From: Bacteroidota bacterium
GTDB lineage: Bacteria > Bacteroidota > Bacteroidia > Bacteroidales > VadinHA17
Assembly: GCA_029547705.1 (NCBI GenBank)
Contig: JAKPOU010000042.1
Span: 89,271 to 153,270 of the forward strand
Reading direction: 5' to 3'
Length of the DNA: 64,000 nucleotides
A program made the translations under genes and the position numbers. Under the pieces are notes generated by a model. It was not told where the DNA came from, searched no databases, and was given only the letters and a program-made list of their open reading frames with translations. Below are positions 28,711 to 38,810 of the stretch, piece by piece; positions within the stretch are counted from its first letter, which is position 1, and the number at the start of each line of letters is the position of its first letter.

Positions 28711-29592
28711 ATGGCAAAAAAGAATGCATTGGGGAGAGGATTGGGTGCGCTGATTGAGGGAGTCGAAAAGGAAGTCCTCGAGAAGATCGTTGAAGCCAAC
28801 AAGGATATTCCCGTGGATCTGGTTGACGCAAACCCGTTTCAGCCAAGAACCAGCTTTGATGAACAGGCAATGGAGGAGCTTGCTGCGTCAATCCGCAAGC
28901 TTGGAATTGTTCAGCCTCTTACCGTACGGGAGTCAGGTGACGGGCGCTTTCAGCTCATTGCAGGAGAAAGGCGGCTCAGGGCTGCAAAACTGGCCGGACT
29001 GACACATGTGCCGGCATATATCAGAACAGCTGATGACCAGGCCATGCTTGAACTGGCGCTTGTGGAAAATATCCAGCGTGAGGATCTTGATGCAGTTGAA
29101 GTGGCAATCAGCTTTCAGCGCCTGATAGAAGAATGCAGGCTTACCCAGGAACAGCTTAGCGAGAGGGTTGGCAAGCAGAGATCAACCGTGGCAAATTATC
29201 TGCGGCTGCTGAAGCTTCCCGCTGAAATCCAGCTTGGTATCCGCAACAAGAACCTGACAATGGGGCATGCAAGGGCACTGGTAAATATCGGGGATCCCAG
29301 GCAGCAGATTGATATCTATTACAAGGTGGTGGACGGAGAGCTTTCTGTAAGGCAGACGGAGGAACTGGTACGGCAGCTTCAGGCAAAAGCCGGAAAGGAT
29401 CCGGAAAAGATCAGAAGGAAACAGCAGCTCAACGAGGATTTTGTACAGCTTACAAATCATCTAAACAGGATATTTTCAGTTAATGTTAATTTCAGAATCA
29501 ATGAGGAGGGAAAGGGGAAAATAGTTATCCCTTTCGGCAACAGTGAAGAGATGGAACGCATTTTAGGGGTTTTCGACCGCCTTAACAGCTGA
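28711..29592 (+). CDS. parB: Chromosome partitioning protein ParB/Spo0J
   Basis: 293 aa with the ParB box (IAGERRLRAAKLAG) and an HTH (TQEQLSERVGKQRSTVANYLRLL). Confidence 0.95.
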   Translation: MAKKNALGRGLGALIEGVEKEVLEKIVEANKDIPVDLVDANPFQPRTSFDEQAMEELAASIRKLGIVQPLTVRESGDGRFQLIAGERRLRAAKLAGLTHVPAYIRTADDQAMLELALVENIQREDLDAVEVAISFQRLIEECRLTQEQLSERVGKQRSTVANYLRLLKLPAEIQLGIRNKNLTMGHARALVNIGDPRQQIDIYYKVVDGELSVRQTEELVRQLQAKAGKDPEKIRRKQQLNEDFVQLTNHLNRIFSVNVNFRINEEGKGKIVIPFGNSEEMERILGVFDRLNS

Positions 29593-29629
29593 AAATAATT
29601 ATCTTTATTGCGCCGTTTTACTGATACTT

Positions 29630-30280
29630 ATGCTTCTCTGTCAAATGAAGGCGCAACATTATATAATCTTTTTTATTGTTTTACTGCTGAATTGTTCTGT
29701 AAGTAACGTATCTGCACAGGACAGCCTTTTCATTGAAACCAGGGAAAAGAAAATGTTCAGGGCCGATCCGCTGAGGGCCACAATGCTTGCGGTTGCATTG
29801 CCCGGACTGGGTCAGATCTATAACAGGAAATACTGGAAAATTCCCCTTGTATACGCCGGGTTCGGAGGAGTATTATATGCCATTAACTATAATTCAACGA
29901 ATTACAATGTGTTCATGAAGGCATACCAGGATTTTACCGATAAAATACCCGAGACAGACTCCTATCTCAAACTGATCAGGAATGCGGATCCCGCAACCTA
30001 CGATCCTGTCCTTCATCCTGACACCTATGATCCTTCTGCCGCATCCTGGTACACTGACAGAATGCTGAGGCAGGTTGATTATTTCAAGAAATACCGTGAT
30101 CTTTCATATATTGCATTTGCAGCCTGGTACCTTATAACGGTACTGGATGCCAATGTGGATGCAAGCCTGCTTAATTATGACATAAGCAATAATCTTGTGC
30201 TGCAGATGCTTCCCGTTCCGTCCTTGCATCCGGCTTATGCCGGACCGGGCATGAGCGTGGGCCTGTGTTTTAGTTTTTGA
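29630..30280 (+). CDS. DUF5683-like membrane protein
   Basis: 216 aa with a signal sequence and the motif AVALPGLGQIYNRKYWKIPLVYAGFG. It sits directly after parB, as is usual in Bacteroidota. Confidence 0.6.
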   Translation: MLLCQMKAQHYIIFFIVLLLNCSVSNVSAQDSLFIETREKKMFRADPLRATMLAVALPGLGQIYNRKYWKIPLVYAGFGGVLYAINYNSTNYNVFMKAYQDFTDKIPETDSYLKLIRNADPATYDPVLHPDTYDPSAASWYTDRMLRQVDYFKKYRDLSYIAFAAWYLITVLDANVDASLLNYDISNNLVLQMLPVPSLHPAYAGPGMSVGLCFSF

Positions 30281-30293
30281 TTAAAGATAAGGA

Positions 30294-31853
30294 ATGATGA
30301 GAATAAAGTTATTTGTTGCAGTTTTCTCCCTGATGGTATTGGTAAGCAATACCCTGTCGGCTGTTGGTGATACGATAATAATACGGTCCGACATTTCCAC
30401 TGAAAAAATCTCCGCGGATCTTGACAGCCTGGTTAATTCCTGGTATGTCAGAACTGCCCTGGCATCCTGGTCTGAATTGCCGCCCGGCGATGCAGGGGAG
30501 GAAATCATGTTTTCCGACAGTGTTTATGTTGACAGGCTTTCGAAGCTCAATACCATTATCAAGATACGCTACAACAGCATTATAAGGAATCACATCCATG
30601 TCTATACCGTTAAAAAAAGAGAGCTTTTCAGTGCCATACTCGGACTGATGGATTATTACTTTCCCATGATTGAGGATATTTTTGATTCATATGGCATTCC
30701 GACCGAGCTTAAATATATGGCCATTATAGAATCAGCTCTCAATCCAAATGCTGTTTCAAGGGCGGGTGCAACGGGATTATGGCAATTCATGTACAGTACC
30801 GGCCGCTTATACGGCCTTACCATTAATTCCGTTGTTGATGAAAGGAGGGATCCGGTTAAAGCAACCCATGCCGCTGCAAGGTATCTAAAGGACCTTTATA
30901 ATATTTACAATGACTGGATACTTGTGATTGCTGCCTACAATTGCGGACCCGGTAATGTGAACAAGGCAATAAGGCGTTCGGACAACAGGAAGGACTACTG
31001 GGAGATTTATTACAGGCTGCCGCGCGAAACAAGGGGTTACATTCCCGGATATGTTGCAGCCGCCTATTCGGTCAATTATTATGAGGAACACAATATCAGG
31101 CCCCTGCCCCTGAATTTTCCCGTGGCAACCGATACGATCATGATAAACAAGGACATGCATCTTACCCAGATATCTGAAGTGATGAAAATCCCTGAAGGCG
31201 AACTGCGCGCGCTGAATCCGCAATACAGGACAGGACTGGTTCCCGGACTGACAAAACCGATGCCGATCACCCTTCCCCTGAGCCATCTCAGTGATTTTAT
31301 CGGTCTGAATGATACAATCAGGGGCTACAAGGCCGAAATATATCTGAACAAGAATATCAGCGTGGCTGATCCTGTCAGATCAGCAACTGCCTATACGCCG
31401 CCGGATGTCAAGGGAAAGACAAAACTTGTCTATACAGTTAAGGAGGGAGACAATCTCGGCTATATATCGGAATGGTACCGTGTGGGACTGTCAGACCTGA
31501 GGTACTGGAACAATATTTACCGCAATACTATCCGTATAGGACAGAAGCTTTCAGTATTCGTCGATCCGGCAAAGGCGGATTTTTATGCCAGGGTCGACAA
31601 TATGTCCTTTGCCGAAAAGCAGGCAATGATAGGGAAAAGCGTTCCGCTGCAGCCACAGTCGTCGCAACCTTACACCGGCGGAGGATCGGATGGTGAATAC
31701 ATCACATATACAGTCAGAAATGGCGATACTATATGGAATATAGTGAAGAAATTTGACAGTGTGACAATATCCGATATTCTCTCCCTGAACAATATTACGG
31801 ATCCACAGAAGATACAGGTCGGCCAGGTGCTGAAAATCAAGAAGAAAAGCTGA
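30294..31853 (+). CDS. Lytic murein transglycosylase with two C-terminal LysM domains (MltD-like)
   Basis: SLT catalytic region (AIIESALNPNAVSRAGATGLWQFM). The two LysM repeats are YTVKEGDNLGYISEWY... and YTVRNGDTIWNIVKKF.... Confidence 0.88.
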   Translation: MMRIKLFVAVFSLMVLVSNTLSAVGDTIIIRSDISTEKISADLDSLVNSWYVRTALASWSELPPGDAGEEIMFSDSVYVDRLSKLNTIIKIRYNSIIRNHIHVYTVKKRELFSAILGLMDYYFPMIEDIFDSYGIPTELKYMAIIESALNPNAVSRAGATGLWQFMYSTGRLYGLTINSVVDERRDPVKATHAAARYLKDLYNIYNDWILVIAAYNCGPGNVNKAIRRSDNRKDYWEIYYRLPRETRGYIPGYVAAAYSVNYYEEHNIRPLPLNFPVATDTIMINKDMHLTQISEVMKIPEGELRALNPQYRTGLVPGLTKPMPITLPLSHLSDFIGLNDTIRGYKAEIYLNKNISVADPVRSATAYTPPDVKGKTKLVYTVKEGDNLGYISEWYRVGLSDLRYWNNIYRNTIRIGQKLSVFVDPAKADFYARVDNMSFAEKQAMIGKSVPLQPQSSQPYTGGGSDGEYITYTVRNGDTIWNIVKKFDSVTISDILSLNNITDPQKIQVGQVLKIKKKS

Positions 31854-31909
31854 CTGACACTGTTCTCCGGCCCGCATGCTTTAACGACCGGAGCTGAATA
31901 CCCGGGCAT

Positions 31910-33085
31910 TCATACGTTTCCCCCGGAAACAGGACGTGCGTATGCCAGGACGTCAGCTCCTCTTATCTCATCCTTGCAGAGTATAATGAGTCTTTCAAGC
32001 ACATTCCTGAACTCCCTGATGTTCCCGGTCCATGTGATTTTCTGAAGCTCTCCGATGGCATCCTTTGTGATGACCTTTTTGCTCATTCCGTACTCATTGC
32101 ATATAAGGGTATTGAAATGATCTGCCAGCAGGGGAATATCCTCTTCCCTTTCGTTTAGAGTGGGTACATGTATCAGTATCACGCTCAGCCTGTGATACAG
32201 GTCCTCCCTGAAGGTATTGTTTTCAATCTCCTTTTTTATGTTTTTATTTGTGGCAGTTACGATCCTCACGTTTACTGATATATCCTTATCAGAGCCCACC
32301 CTGCTTATTTTATTTTCCTGAAGTGCCCTCAGTACCTTTGCCTGGGCCGAAAGGCTCATGTCTCCGATTTCATCCAGGAAGAGGGTTCCCCCGCTTGCCT
32401 GTTCAAATTTTCCTATACGCTGCTTGATGGCTGATGTGAACGAGCCCTTCTCATGACCGAATAATTCACTTTCGATGAGTTCTGAGGGAATGGCGGCACA
32501 ATTCACCTCGACGAAGGGGCCCTTGGCCCGGTGGCTTTTTTCATGTATCTGATGTGCAACCAGTTCCTTTCCGGTACCGTTTGCCCCGGTGATGAGCACC
32601 CTTGCTTCCGTAGGCGCCACCCTGTCTATCATCTCCTTCACCTTTGTGATAGCTTCGGATTCACCGACAATCTCATACATCTTGCTCACCTTATTCCTGA
32701 GTACCTGTGTCTGGCTTATCAGTTTTGACTTGTCAGTGGCGTTTCTTATGGTGATAAGCAGCCTGTTAAGATCAAGCGGCTTTTCCAGGAAGTCGTAGGC
32801 TCCTTTTTTTATTGCCTCAACAGCTGTATCTATGTTCCCGTGGCCAGATATCATGATAACAGGTGTCGCTGACGAGATTTCGCTGATCCTGTGAAGTACC
32901 TCCAGTCCGTCCATCTTCTGCATCTTGATATCACACAATACAATATCATAGGTGTTGGCGGAGAACAATTCTATTCCTGTTTCCCCGTCTTCAGCAAGAT
33001 CCACTTCATGTTTTTCATATTCAAGAACATCCCTGAGAGTGTTCCGGATAGCCTTCTCATCATCAATTACCAGTATTTTTGACAT
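31910..33085 (-). CDS. Response regulator with a sigma-54-interaction AAA+ domain and no DNA-binding domain
   Basis: 391 aa. The receiver domain has DD at 8-9, D52 in VLCDIKM, and K102. The AAA+ domain has Walker A GANGTGKE and Walker B LFLDEIG. The loop reads GSFTSA rather than GAFTGA. The protein ends about 15 aa after the AAA+ lid, leaving no room for a Fis-type HTH. Confidence 0.85.
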   Translation of the reverse strand: MSKILVIDDEKAIRNTLRDVLEYEKHEVDLAEDGETGIELFSANTYDIVLCDIKMQKMDGLEVLHRISEISSATPVIMISGHGNIDTAVEAIKKGAYDFLEKPLDLNRLLITIRNATDKSKLISQTQVLRNKVSKMYEIVGESEAITKVKEMIDRVAPTEARVLITGANGTGKELVAHQIHEKSHRAKGPFVEVNCAAIPSELIESELFGHEKGSFTSAIKQRIGKFEQASGGTLFLDEIGDMSLSAQAKVLRALQENKISRVGSDKDISVNVRIVTATNKNIKKEIENNTFREDLYHRLSVILIHVPTLNEREEDIPLLADHFNTLICNEYGMSKKVITKDAIGELQKITWTGNIREFRNVLERLIILCKDEIRGADVLAYARPVSGGNV

Positions 33086-33115
33086 TTTCAGTTATTTATT
33101 GAATTCCTGTTAATA

Positions 33116-34468
33116 TTATCCCGTGTATCTCAGCCATTTCCAGAGTTCCTTCCAGGAGCTCTTTTTTCCGTACATCAGTATTCCGGTCCGGTAAACTTTT
33201 GCGGCCATCCACACAAAGGCGCTGAAGGTTATCAGCATCAGTGTCATGGATACTATCAGCTGCCAGGCCGGGACACCAAAGGGTATCCTGGCCATCATCA
33301 CTATGGGGGAAGTAAGGGGGATGACTGAAAACCAGAATGCCAGTGAACTCTCGGGATTCTGCATTGTTCCCATGGCAACAAACAATGCAAGCAGGATGGG
33401 TATTGTTACCGGAAGCATGAACTGCTGGGTTTCGGTTTCATTGTCCACAGCCGACCCTATTGCCGCAAATATTGCTGCATAGAGGAGATAGCCCGTTATA
33501 AAATAGAATATGAAGGAGAATATAATCAGCAACCAGTTCTGATTCATGGCGCTGTCGAATATTTTTGCCAATTCCGTTATTTCAGGAGTAACAGATGCCT
33601 GCTCCGGAAACGGAACCGATGCTGTCTTTTCTGCCGACATTACATCCTGTGTGACGCTTTGTGCGGTTTCCCGGATTCCGGTTTTATTCAGGATACTGGA
33701 TTTTACAATGCTTACCGCGGCTGTTGTGAGGAAAATCCATATCAGGAATTGTGTAAGCCCGACCAGGGCTATTCCTATTATTTTGCCCATCATAAGTTCT
33801 GCCGGCTTTACAGAAGATACAATGACCTCCACAACGCGGCTGGTTTTTTCCTCTATCACACCCCTCATAACCTGTGAACCAAAAACAAAAACCAGCATAT
33901 ACATCAGCAGTCCTCCGATATATGCCAGAGCCATGGAAATTCCGGTACTTGTTTCGGTTGTCTTTCCTGTTTCATCAACCAGCCTTGTCGATACTGAAAC
34001 GTTTGTCCTTATCTGTGTCAGTATAGAATCGAGATTCTGGATGTTGTATGTTAGAAGCTTCTGTCTTTCTATTTCCTTCTTCAGGGATCCGGAAATATGT
34101 TCAAGCAGCCCGATGTCGGGCTGCTTCTTGGAATAGAGTATCGGATTGTTCAGGGCCTGGGGTGAAATATAGAGAATCCCGAAATATCCTGCCTGTTCAA
34201 ATGTGGTGATCAGGTCATTGATGCTGACATTGTCGAGATAGACAAACTTTTCATCCCTGGTATCAGGAATGATGCCCCTGAAAATGCGGGTACCTTCTTC
34301 AATTACGGCTATCTGTTTATGATCCTTTCCTCCCGTAAGCATGATAACCGGGATCAGTATCACAAAGCCTGCCAACAGGAGGGGAGCAAGGATGGTCATT
34401 ATAATGAAGGATTTTTTCCTTACCCGGGTGAGATATTCCCTTTTTATTATTATCGCGGTTTTATTCAT
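33116..34468 (-). CDS. ABC-2 type transporter permease (NatB-like)
   Basis: 450 aa with an N-terminal TM segment, a large extracytoplasmic loop, and a C-terminal bundle of 5-6 TM segments. Confidence 0.75.
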   Translation of the reverse strand: MNKTAIIIKREYLTRVRKKSFIIMTILAPLLLAGFVILIPVIMLTGGKDHKQIAVIEEGTRIFRGIIPDTRDEKFVYLDNVSINDLITTFEQAGYFGILYISPQALNNPILYSKKQPDIGLLEHISGSLKKEIERQKLLTYNIQNLDSILTQIRTNVSVSTRLVDETGKTTETSTGISMALAYIGGLLMYMLVFVFGSQVMRGVIEEKTSRVVEVIVSSVKPAELMMGKIIGIALVGLTQFLIWIFLTTAAVSIVKSSILNKTGIRETAQSVTQDVMSAEKTASVPFPEQASVTPEITELAKIFDSAMNQNWLLIIFSFIFYFITGYLLYAAIFAAIGSAVDNETETQQFMLPVTIPILLALFVAMGTMQNPESSLAFWFSVIPLTSPIVMMARIPFGVPAWQLIVSMTLMLITFSAFVWMAAKVYRTGILMYGKKSSWKELWKWLRYTG

Positions 34469-34494
34469 GGTCCTGCTGTATGGTAAAATGATTA

Positions 34495-35409
34495 CTATTC
34501 CTGGCTGCGTGATTCCACAACCCTGATAAATATTTCATTCATTGACGGCAATGCCGGATTGAATGAGATAATATTTCCCCTGTCTAGGATGGAATGCAGA
34601 ATCTCATTGTTGGAGATGCCGTCAGCACTTCTGAGCCGGATGCTTGTCCTGCCGTTCTCATATTGCCTGTCAATGATTTTGAATCTGCCGTTTTCTTCGA
34701 TCTTCACGTCACCGCTGAAAGTGAGGTCATATTCATTGGCTGCCCACTTGTGACGTATTTCGCTTACACTGCCCTCAAGAATGGTTTCAGCCTTGTCGAT
34801 AAGGCTGATATTATCACAAAGTTCTTCAACTGATCCCATGTTGTGGGTTGAAAAAATTATTGTCGCTCCCTTTTCGCGCAAAAACAGGATCTCATTCTTG
34901 ATTATGTTGACATTCACCGGGTCAAATCCCGTAAAAGGCTCATCGAATATTATCAGTTCCGGTTCATGCAGTACGGTGGTTATGAACTGAACCTTCTGCT
35001 GCATTCCCTTGGACAGTTCCTCCACTTTCCGGCCCCACCAGTCTGTGATCTCCAGTTTCCTGAACCAGTATTTCAGCCTCCGCATGGCCTCATGCTTTGA
35101 GAGACCCTTGAGCTGTGCGAAGTACAGGGCCTGTTCCCCTACTTTCATCTTTTTGTATAATCCCCTTTCCTCGGGGAGGTAGCCGATCTTCCTTACGTCT
35201 TCCGGGCTCAGTTTTTTACCGTTCAGGTATAATTCCCCGGAATCGGGACCGGTGATCTGGTTGATTATTCTGAGAAGAGTCGTTTTCCCTGCACCGTTCG
35301 GACCCAACAGTCCGTATATGCATTTTCCGGGAACGGAAATACTTACCTTGTTGAGTGCGGTGATATTCCCGAACTGCTTGGTAATGTTCACAGCTTCAAA
35401 TAATGCCAT
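34495..35409 (-). CDS. ABC transporter ATP-binding protein (NatA-like)
   Basis: Walker A GPNGAGKTT, signature LSKGMQQK, and Walker B LIIFDEP. Confidence 0.92.
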   Translation of the reverse strand: MALFEAVNITKQFGNITALNKVSISVPGKCIYGLLGPNGAGKTTLLRIINQITGPDSGELYLNGKKLSPEDVRKIGYLPEERGLYKKMKVGEQALYFAQLKGLSKHEAMRRLKYWFRKLEITDWWGRKVEELSKGMQQKVQFITTVLHEPELIIFDEPFTGFDPVNVNIIKNEILFLREKGATIIFSTHNMGSVEELCDNISLIDKAETILEGSVSEIRHKWAANEYDLTFSGDVKIEENGRFKIIDRQYENGRTSIRLRSADGISNNEILHSILDRGNIISFNPALPSMNEIFIRVVESRSQE

Positions 35410-35564
35410 TGAAGGAATAGTTTAGAGATATTTGGAAATGTAAATATAAAAAACTCTGCGGATCTTTATGCCGATGTGAAAAATGTTGATATTATGTAAT
35501 ATGCCGGGCAATGGATATTATGGCGGAGTGTAAGGGATCGGCGATAAAGGAAGGAGTGGTGTTT

Positions 35565-36710
35565 CTAGTCGAAATATCCTCTCATCCTTTCGAAGAATCC
35601 TTTATCGGACTTGTCGGGTCTGGGAGTGAATGAGCCGGATTCTTTGAATTTCTCGATGATTTTAGATTCTTCCCGGGTCATGGTTTTTGGTATCCATACA
35701 TTGACATTAACCAGCAGGTCGCCCCGTCCGTAGGCATTAACCTCCGGAAGGCCCTTGCCTCTCAGCCGGAGTATTTTACCGGGCTGGGTTCCCGGTTCGA
35801 TTTTTATCTTGACATTATTCTCCACGGTGGGTATCTCTACGTGGGTACCGAGGATAGCATCCGGTATACTTATAAACAGATTATATATGAGATCATTTCC
35901 TTCCCTTATCAGTTCGGGATGTTCTTCCTCCTCAATCAGTACCAGCAGGTCGCCGTTGACTCCTCCGCGCCTGGCAGCATTTCCCTTTCCCGAGACGGTC
36001 ATCTGCATTCCCTTTGCCACACCTGCCGGGATATTGATTTTTATAATCTCGTCCTTTTTGACGATTCCTTCGCCATAGCATACGGGGCATTTCTTTGTGA
36101 TTGTCTTGCCATCGCCGCCGCAGGCGGGACAGATGGAGGATGTTTGCATCTGGCCGAGAAGAGTATTGGTTATTCTTGTTACCTGTCCGGTGCCATGGCA
36201 GGTCTGGCAGGTGGAAATACTGTTTGAATCGGCAGCTCCCTCTCCGCCGCAGGTGTTACAGGTAACATACTTGCTCACCCTGATCTTCTTTTCGGTTCCG
36301 TTGGCTATTTCCTGCAGGCTCAGTTTGACCTTTACCCTGAGATTGGTACCCTTATTGACTCTGCGGCTTCTTCGTCCTGAGGCAAAACCGCCAAAACCGC
36401 CGAAAGCATCACCGAAAATATCGCCGAATGAAGAAAATATATCTTCTATCGTCATCCCTCCTCCCGGGAATCCGCCGGCAGCACCTCCCATACCCGCATG
36501 TCCGAATCTGTCGTATCTCGATCTTTTTTCATCACTCGACAGAACCTCATAGGCTTCTGCTGCTTCCTTGAAATTTTCCTCGGCTTTCTTGTCACCGGGA
36601 TTCTTATCAGGATGATATTTCAGTGCCTGCTTCCTGTAGGCTTTCTTGATATCTTCCTTGGAAGCATTTTTCGGCACTCCCAGAACATCGTAATAGTCTC
36701 TTTTCTCCAT
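35565..36710 (-). CDS. dnaJ: Molecular chaperone DnaJ
   Basis: J domain with HPD, a G/F-rich region, and four CxxCxGxG zinc-finger repeats. Confidence 0.97.
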   Translation of the reverse strand: MEKRDYYDVLGVPKNASKEDIKKAYRKQALKYHPDKNPGDKKAEENFKEAAEAYEVLSSDEKRSRYDRFGHAGMGGAAGGFPGGGMTIEDIFSSFGDIFGDAFGGFGGFASGRRSRRVNKGTNLRVKVKLSLQEIANGTEKKIRVSKYVTCNTCGGEGAADSNSISTCQTCHGTGQVTRITNTLLGQMQTSSICPACGGDGKTITKKCPVCYGEGIVKKDEIIKINIPAGVAKGMQMTVSGKGNAARRGGVNGDLLVLIEEEEHPELIREGNDLIYNLFISIPDAILGTHVEIPTVENNVKIKIEPGTQPGKILRLRGKGLPEVNAYGRGDLLVNVNVWIPKTMTREESKIIEKFKESGSFTPRPDKSDKGFFERMRGYFD

Positions 36711-36765
36711 TCTTTCCAGATTTCCTCCAACTTCAGCCTGCTGTCAGCGGCAACGGGGGCGAATC

Positions 36766-37410
36766 TTATTCCCCCACAATCACTTTTGAATGTCTTATCA
36801 CCTTGTCCAGCAGATAATAACCCTTCTGAATCACTTCAACAACCCTGCCTTTCCTGTTTTTATCCTCAACCGGCATCTTGCCCACCGCATCGTGAAGATC
36901 AATATTGAAAGGAGTATCGAGCGCCTCAACCTCAGAAACCCCGTTCTGCTTCAGAAAATCCAGGAATTTGGCATAAATAAGGTCTATCCCTTCCTTAACG
37001 GCATTGTGATCCCTGGTGTTTTCCATGTTAACAAGAGCCCTCTCGAAATCATCCATAAAGGGAAGTATCTTCAGTAAAACATTTTCTGAAGCAAATTTTG
37101 TCAGATCCATTTTCTCACGCAGGGTCCTTTTTCTGTAATTGTCAAATTCGGCCGACAAACGGATATATTTATCCTGCATCTCTGCCAGTTTTTCTTCCAG
37201 GATCTCTTCTGAAGATACAACTTTGTCAGCTGTCCCGGGTTCATCCTCATCAACCGCCACAGGCTGCTCTTCCTGATCCGCAGCTGCAGATACACCTGCC
37301 GCACCAGGATCTGCGGATTCTGTGTTTACATTATCTTCCTTATTATCAAATTCTTGTCCTTTTTCTGTATGTTTACCTTCCTCCCTCAGGCTGCTTTTCT
37401 TCTTGCTCAT
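36766..37410 (-). CDS. grpE: Nucleotide exchange factor GrpE
   Basis: 214 aa with an acidic N-terminal extension followed by the GrpE core (KYIRLSAEFDNYRKRTLREK...). Confidence 0.93.
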   Translation of the reverse strand: MSKKKSSLREEGKHTEKGQEFDNKEDNVNTESADPGAAGVSAAADQEEQPVAVDEDEPGTADKVVSSEEILEEKLAEMQDKYIRLSAEFDNYRKRTLREKMDLTKFASENVLLKILPFMDDFERALVNMENTRDHNAVKEGIDLIYAKFLDFLKQNGVSEVEALDTPFNIDLHDAVGKMPVEDKNRKGRVVEVIQKGYYLLDKVIRHSKVIVGE

Positions 37411-37505
37411 TATAATAATATTTCGATTTTGACAATAAAGCCCATCAAATAATCTGCCATGAAAGGAGAGTTGACAATTTGGCAGAAGGGTATTCCGGGG
37501 ACAGG

Positions 37506-38810
37506 TCAGATTCTCCGGATACAGGCTCCTATTGCATTAAGGCGGGAGTCGATACTCTGATATCCCCTGTCAATTTGCCTGATATTATGGATAATACTTT
37601 CTCCTTCCGCCGACATGGCTGCTATCAGCAGGGCTATTCCTGCCCTGATATCGGGTGAGCTCATTACCGTTCCTCTCAGCCTGCTGCTTTTGTCAAGACC
37701 GATAACAGTGGCCCTGTGCGGGTCGCAGAGAATGATACGTGCACCCATGTCAATCAGCTTATCGACAAAGAAAAGCCGGCTCTCGAACATTTTCTGATGT
37801 ATCAGTACAGATCCTTTTGCCTGGGTGGCAGTTACAAGCAGAACGCTCAGCAGGTCGGGAGTGAGGCCGGGCCATACCGCATCGGCAATGACCATTATTG
37901 ATCCGTCGATGAAATGCTGAATCTCATAATGCTTTTGGCGGGGAATGAAAATATCGTCCTCCGATTTTTCAAGCCTGATACCTATTTTTCTGAATGTATC
38001 CGGTATTATTCCGAGGTTTTCCCAGGATACGTTTTTGATGGTTATTTCTGATTCCGTCATTGCTGCCATGCCGACGAAGGATCCGATTTCTATCATATCG
38101 GGAAGAATGGTGTGATTGCATCCCTTCAGTTCCCTTACGCCATCTATTTCAAGCAGGTTTGATCCGATTCCCCGGATCAGGGCTCCCATTGAGACCAGCA
38201 TTTTGCAGAGCTGCTGGATATATGGTTCACAGGCTGCATTGTAGAGGGTTGTGCGGCCTCTGGCCAGCACTGCTGCCATGATGAGGTTGGCTGTGCCGGT
38301 TACCGAAGCTTCATCAAGAAGTATAAAAGTTCCCTTAAGTGAGGGCGCACCTATTTTGAAACAGGTTTCTGAAAAATCATAATCGAATTCGGCACCCATC
38401 TTCTTGAATCCGTTAAGATGGGTATCAATTCTCCGCCGGCCTATTTTGTCGCCGCCCGGCTTTGGCATGTAGGCTTTGCCGTACCGGGCCAGCAGAGGTC
38501 CGACAACCATCACCGATCCTCTCAGTCCGGAACTTTTTATTCTGAAATCGTCAGTCCGGAGGTATTCAAGGTTTATATCCGCTGCCTGCAGTACGGCAAC
38601 GGACCCGGATTTCCTGCCGATCCTGACGCCAAGGCATGACAGAAGGTCAAGGAGGCTGTTTACATCAGCAATGTCAGGAATATTTTTTATGATAACTTTT
38701 TCAGGGGTGAGCAGGCTGGCACAGATGACCTGAAGAGCTTCATTCTTTGAGCCCTGAGGGTTTATTTCACCTTTAAGGGAACGGCCTCCCTGAACAATAA
38801 AAGTGTCCAT
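37506..38810 (-). CDS. murA: UDP-N-acetylglucosamine 1-carboxyvinyltransferase
   Basis: 434 aa with an EPSP-synthase-fold MurA pattern (GSKNEALQVICASLL, KPGGDKIGRRRIDTH). Confidence 0.95.
   Translation of the reverse strand: MDTFIVQGGRSLKGEINPQGSKNEALQVICASLLTPEKVIIKNIPDIADVNSLLDLLSCLGVRIGRKSGSVAVLQAADINLEYLRTDDFRIKSSGLRGSVMVVGPLLARYGKAYMPKPGGDKIGRRRIDTHLNGFKKMGAEFDYDFSETCFKIGAPSLKGTFILLDEASVTGTANLIMAAVLARGRTTLYNAACEPYIQQLCKMLVSMGALIRGIGSNLLEIDGVRELKGCNHTILPDMIEIGSFVGMAAMTESEITIKNVSWENLGIIPDTFRKIGIRLEKSEDDIFIPRQKHYEIQHFIDGSIMVIADAVWPGLTPDLLSVLLVTATQAKGSVLIHQKMFESRLFFVDKLIDMGARIILCDPHRATVIGLDKSSRLRGTVMSSPDIRAGIALLIAAMSAEGESIIHNIRQIDRGYQSIDSRLNAIGACIRRI

Noticed and set aside
33546-34136. A 196-aa ORF antisense to the ABC-2 permease. 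Similar antisense ORFs lie opposite dnaJ, grpE and murA.
   Set aside because: All lie inside genes with strong sense-strand signatures. They are typical shadow frames in a moderately GC-rich, codon-biased genome.
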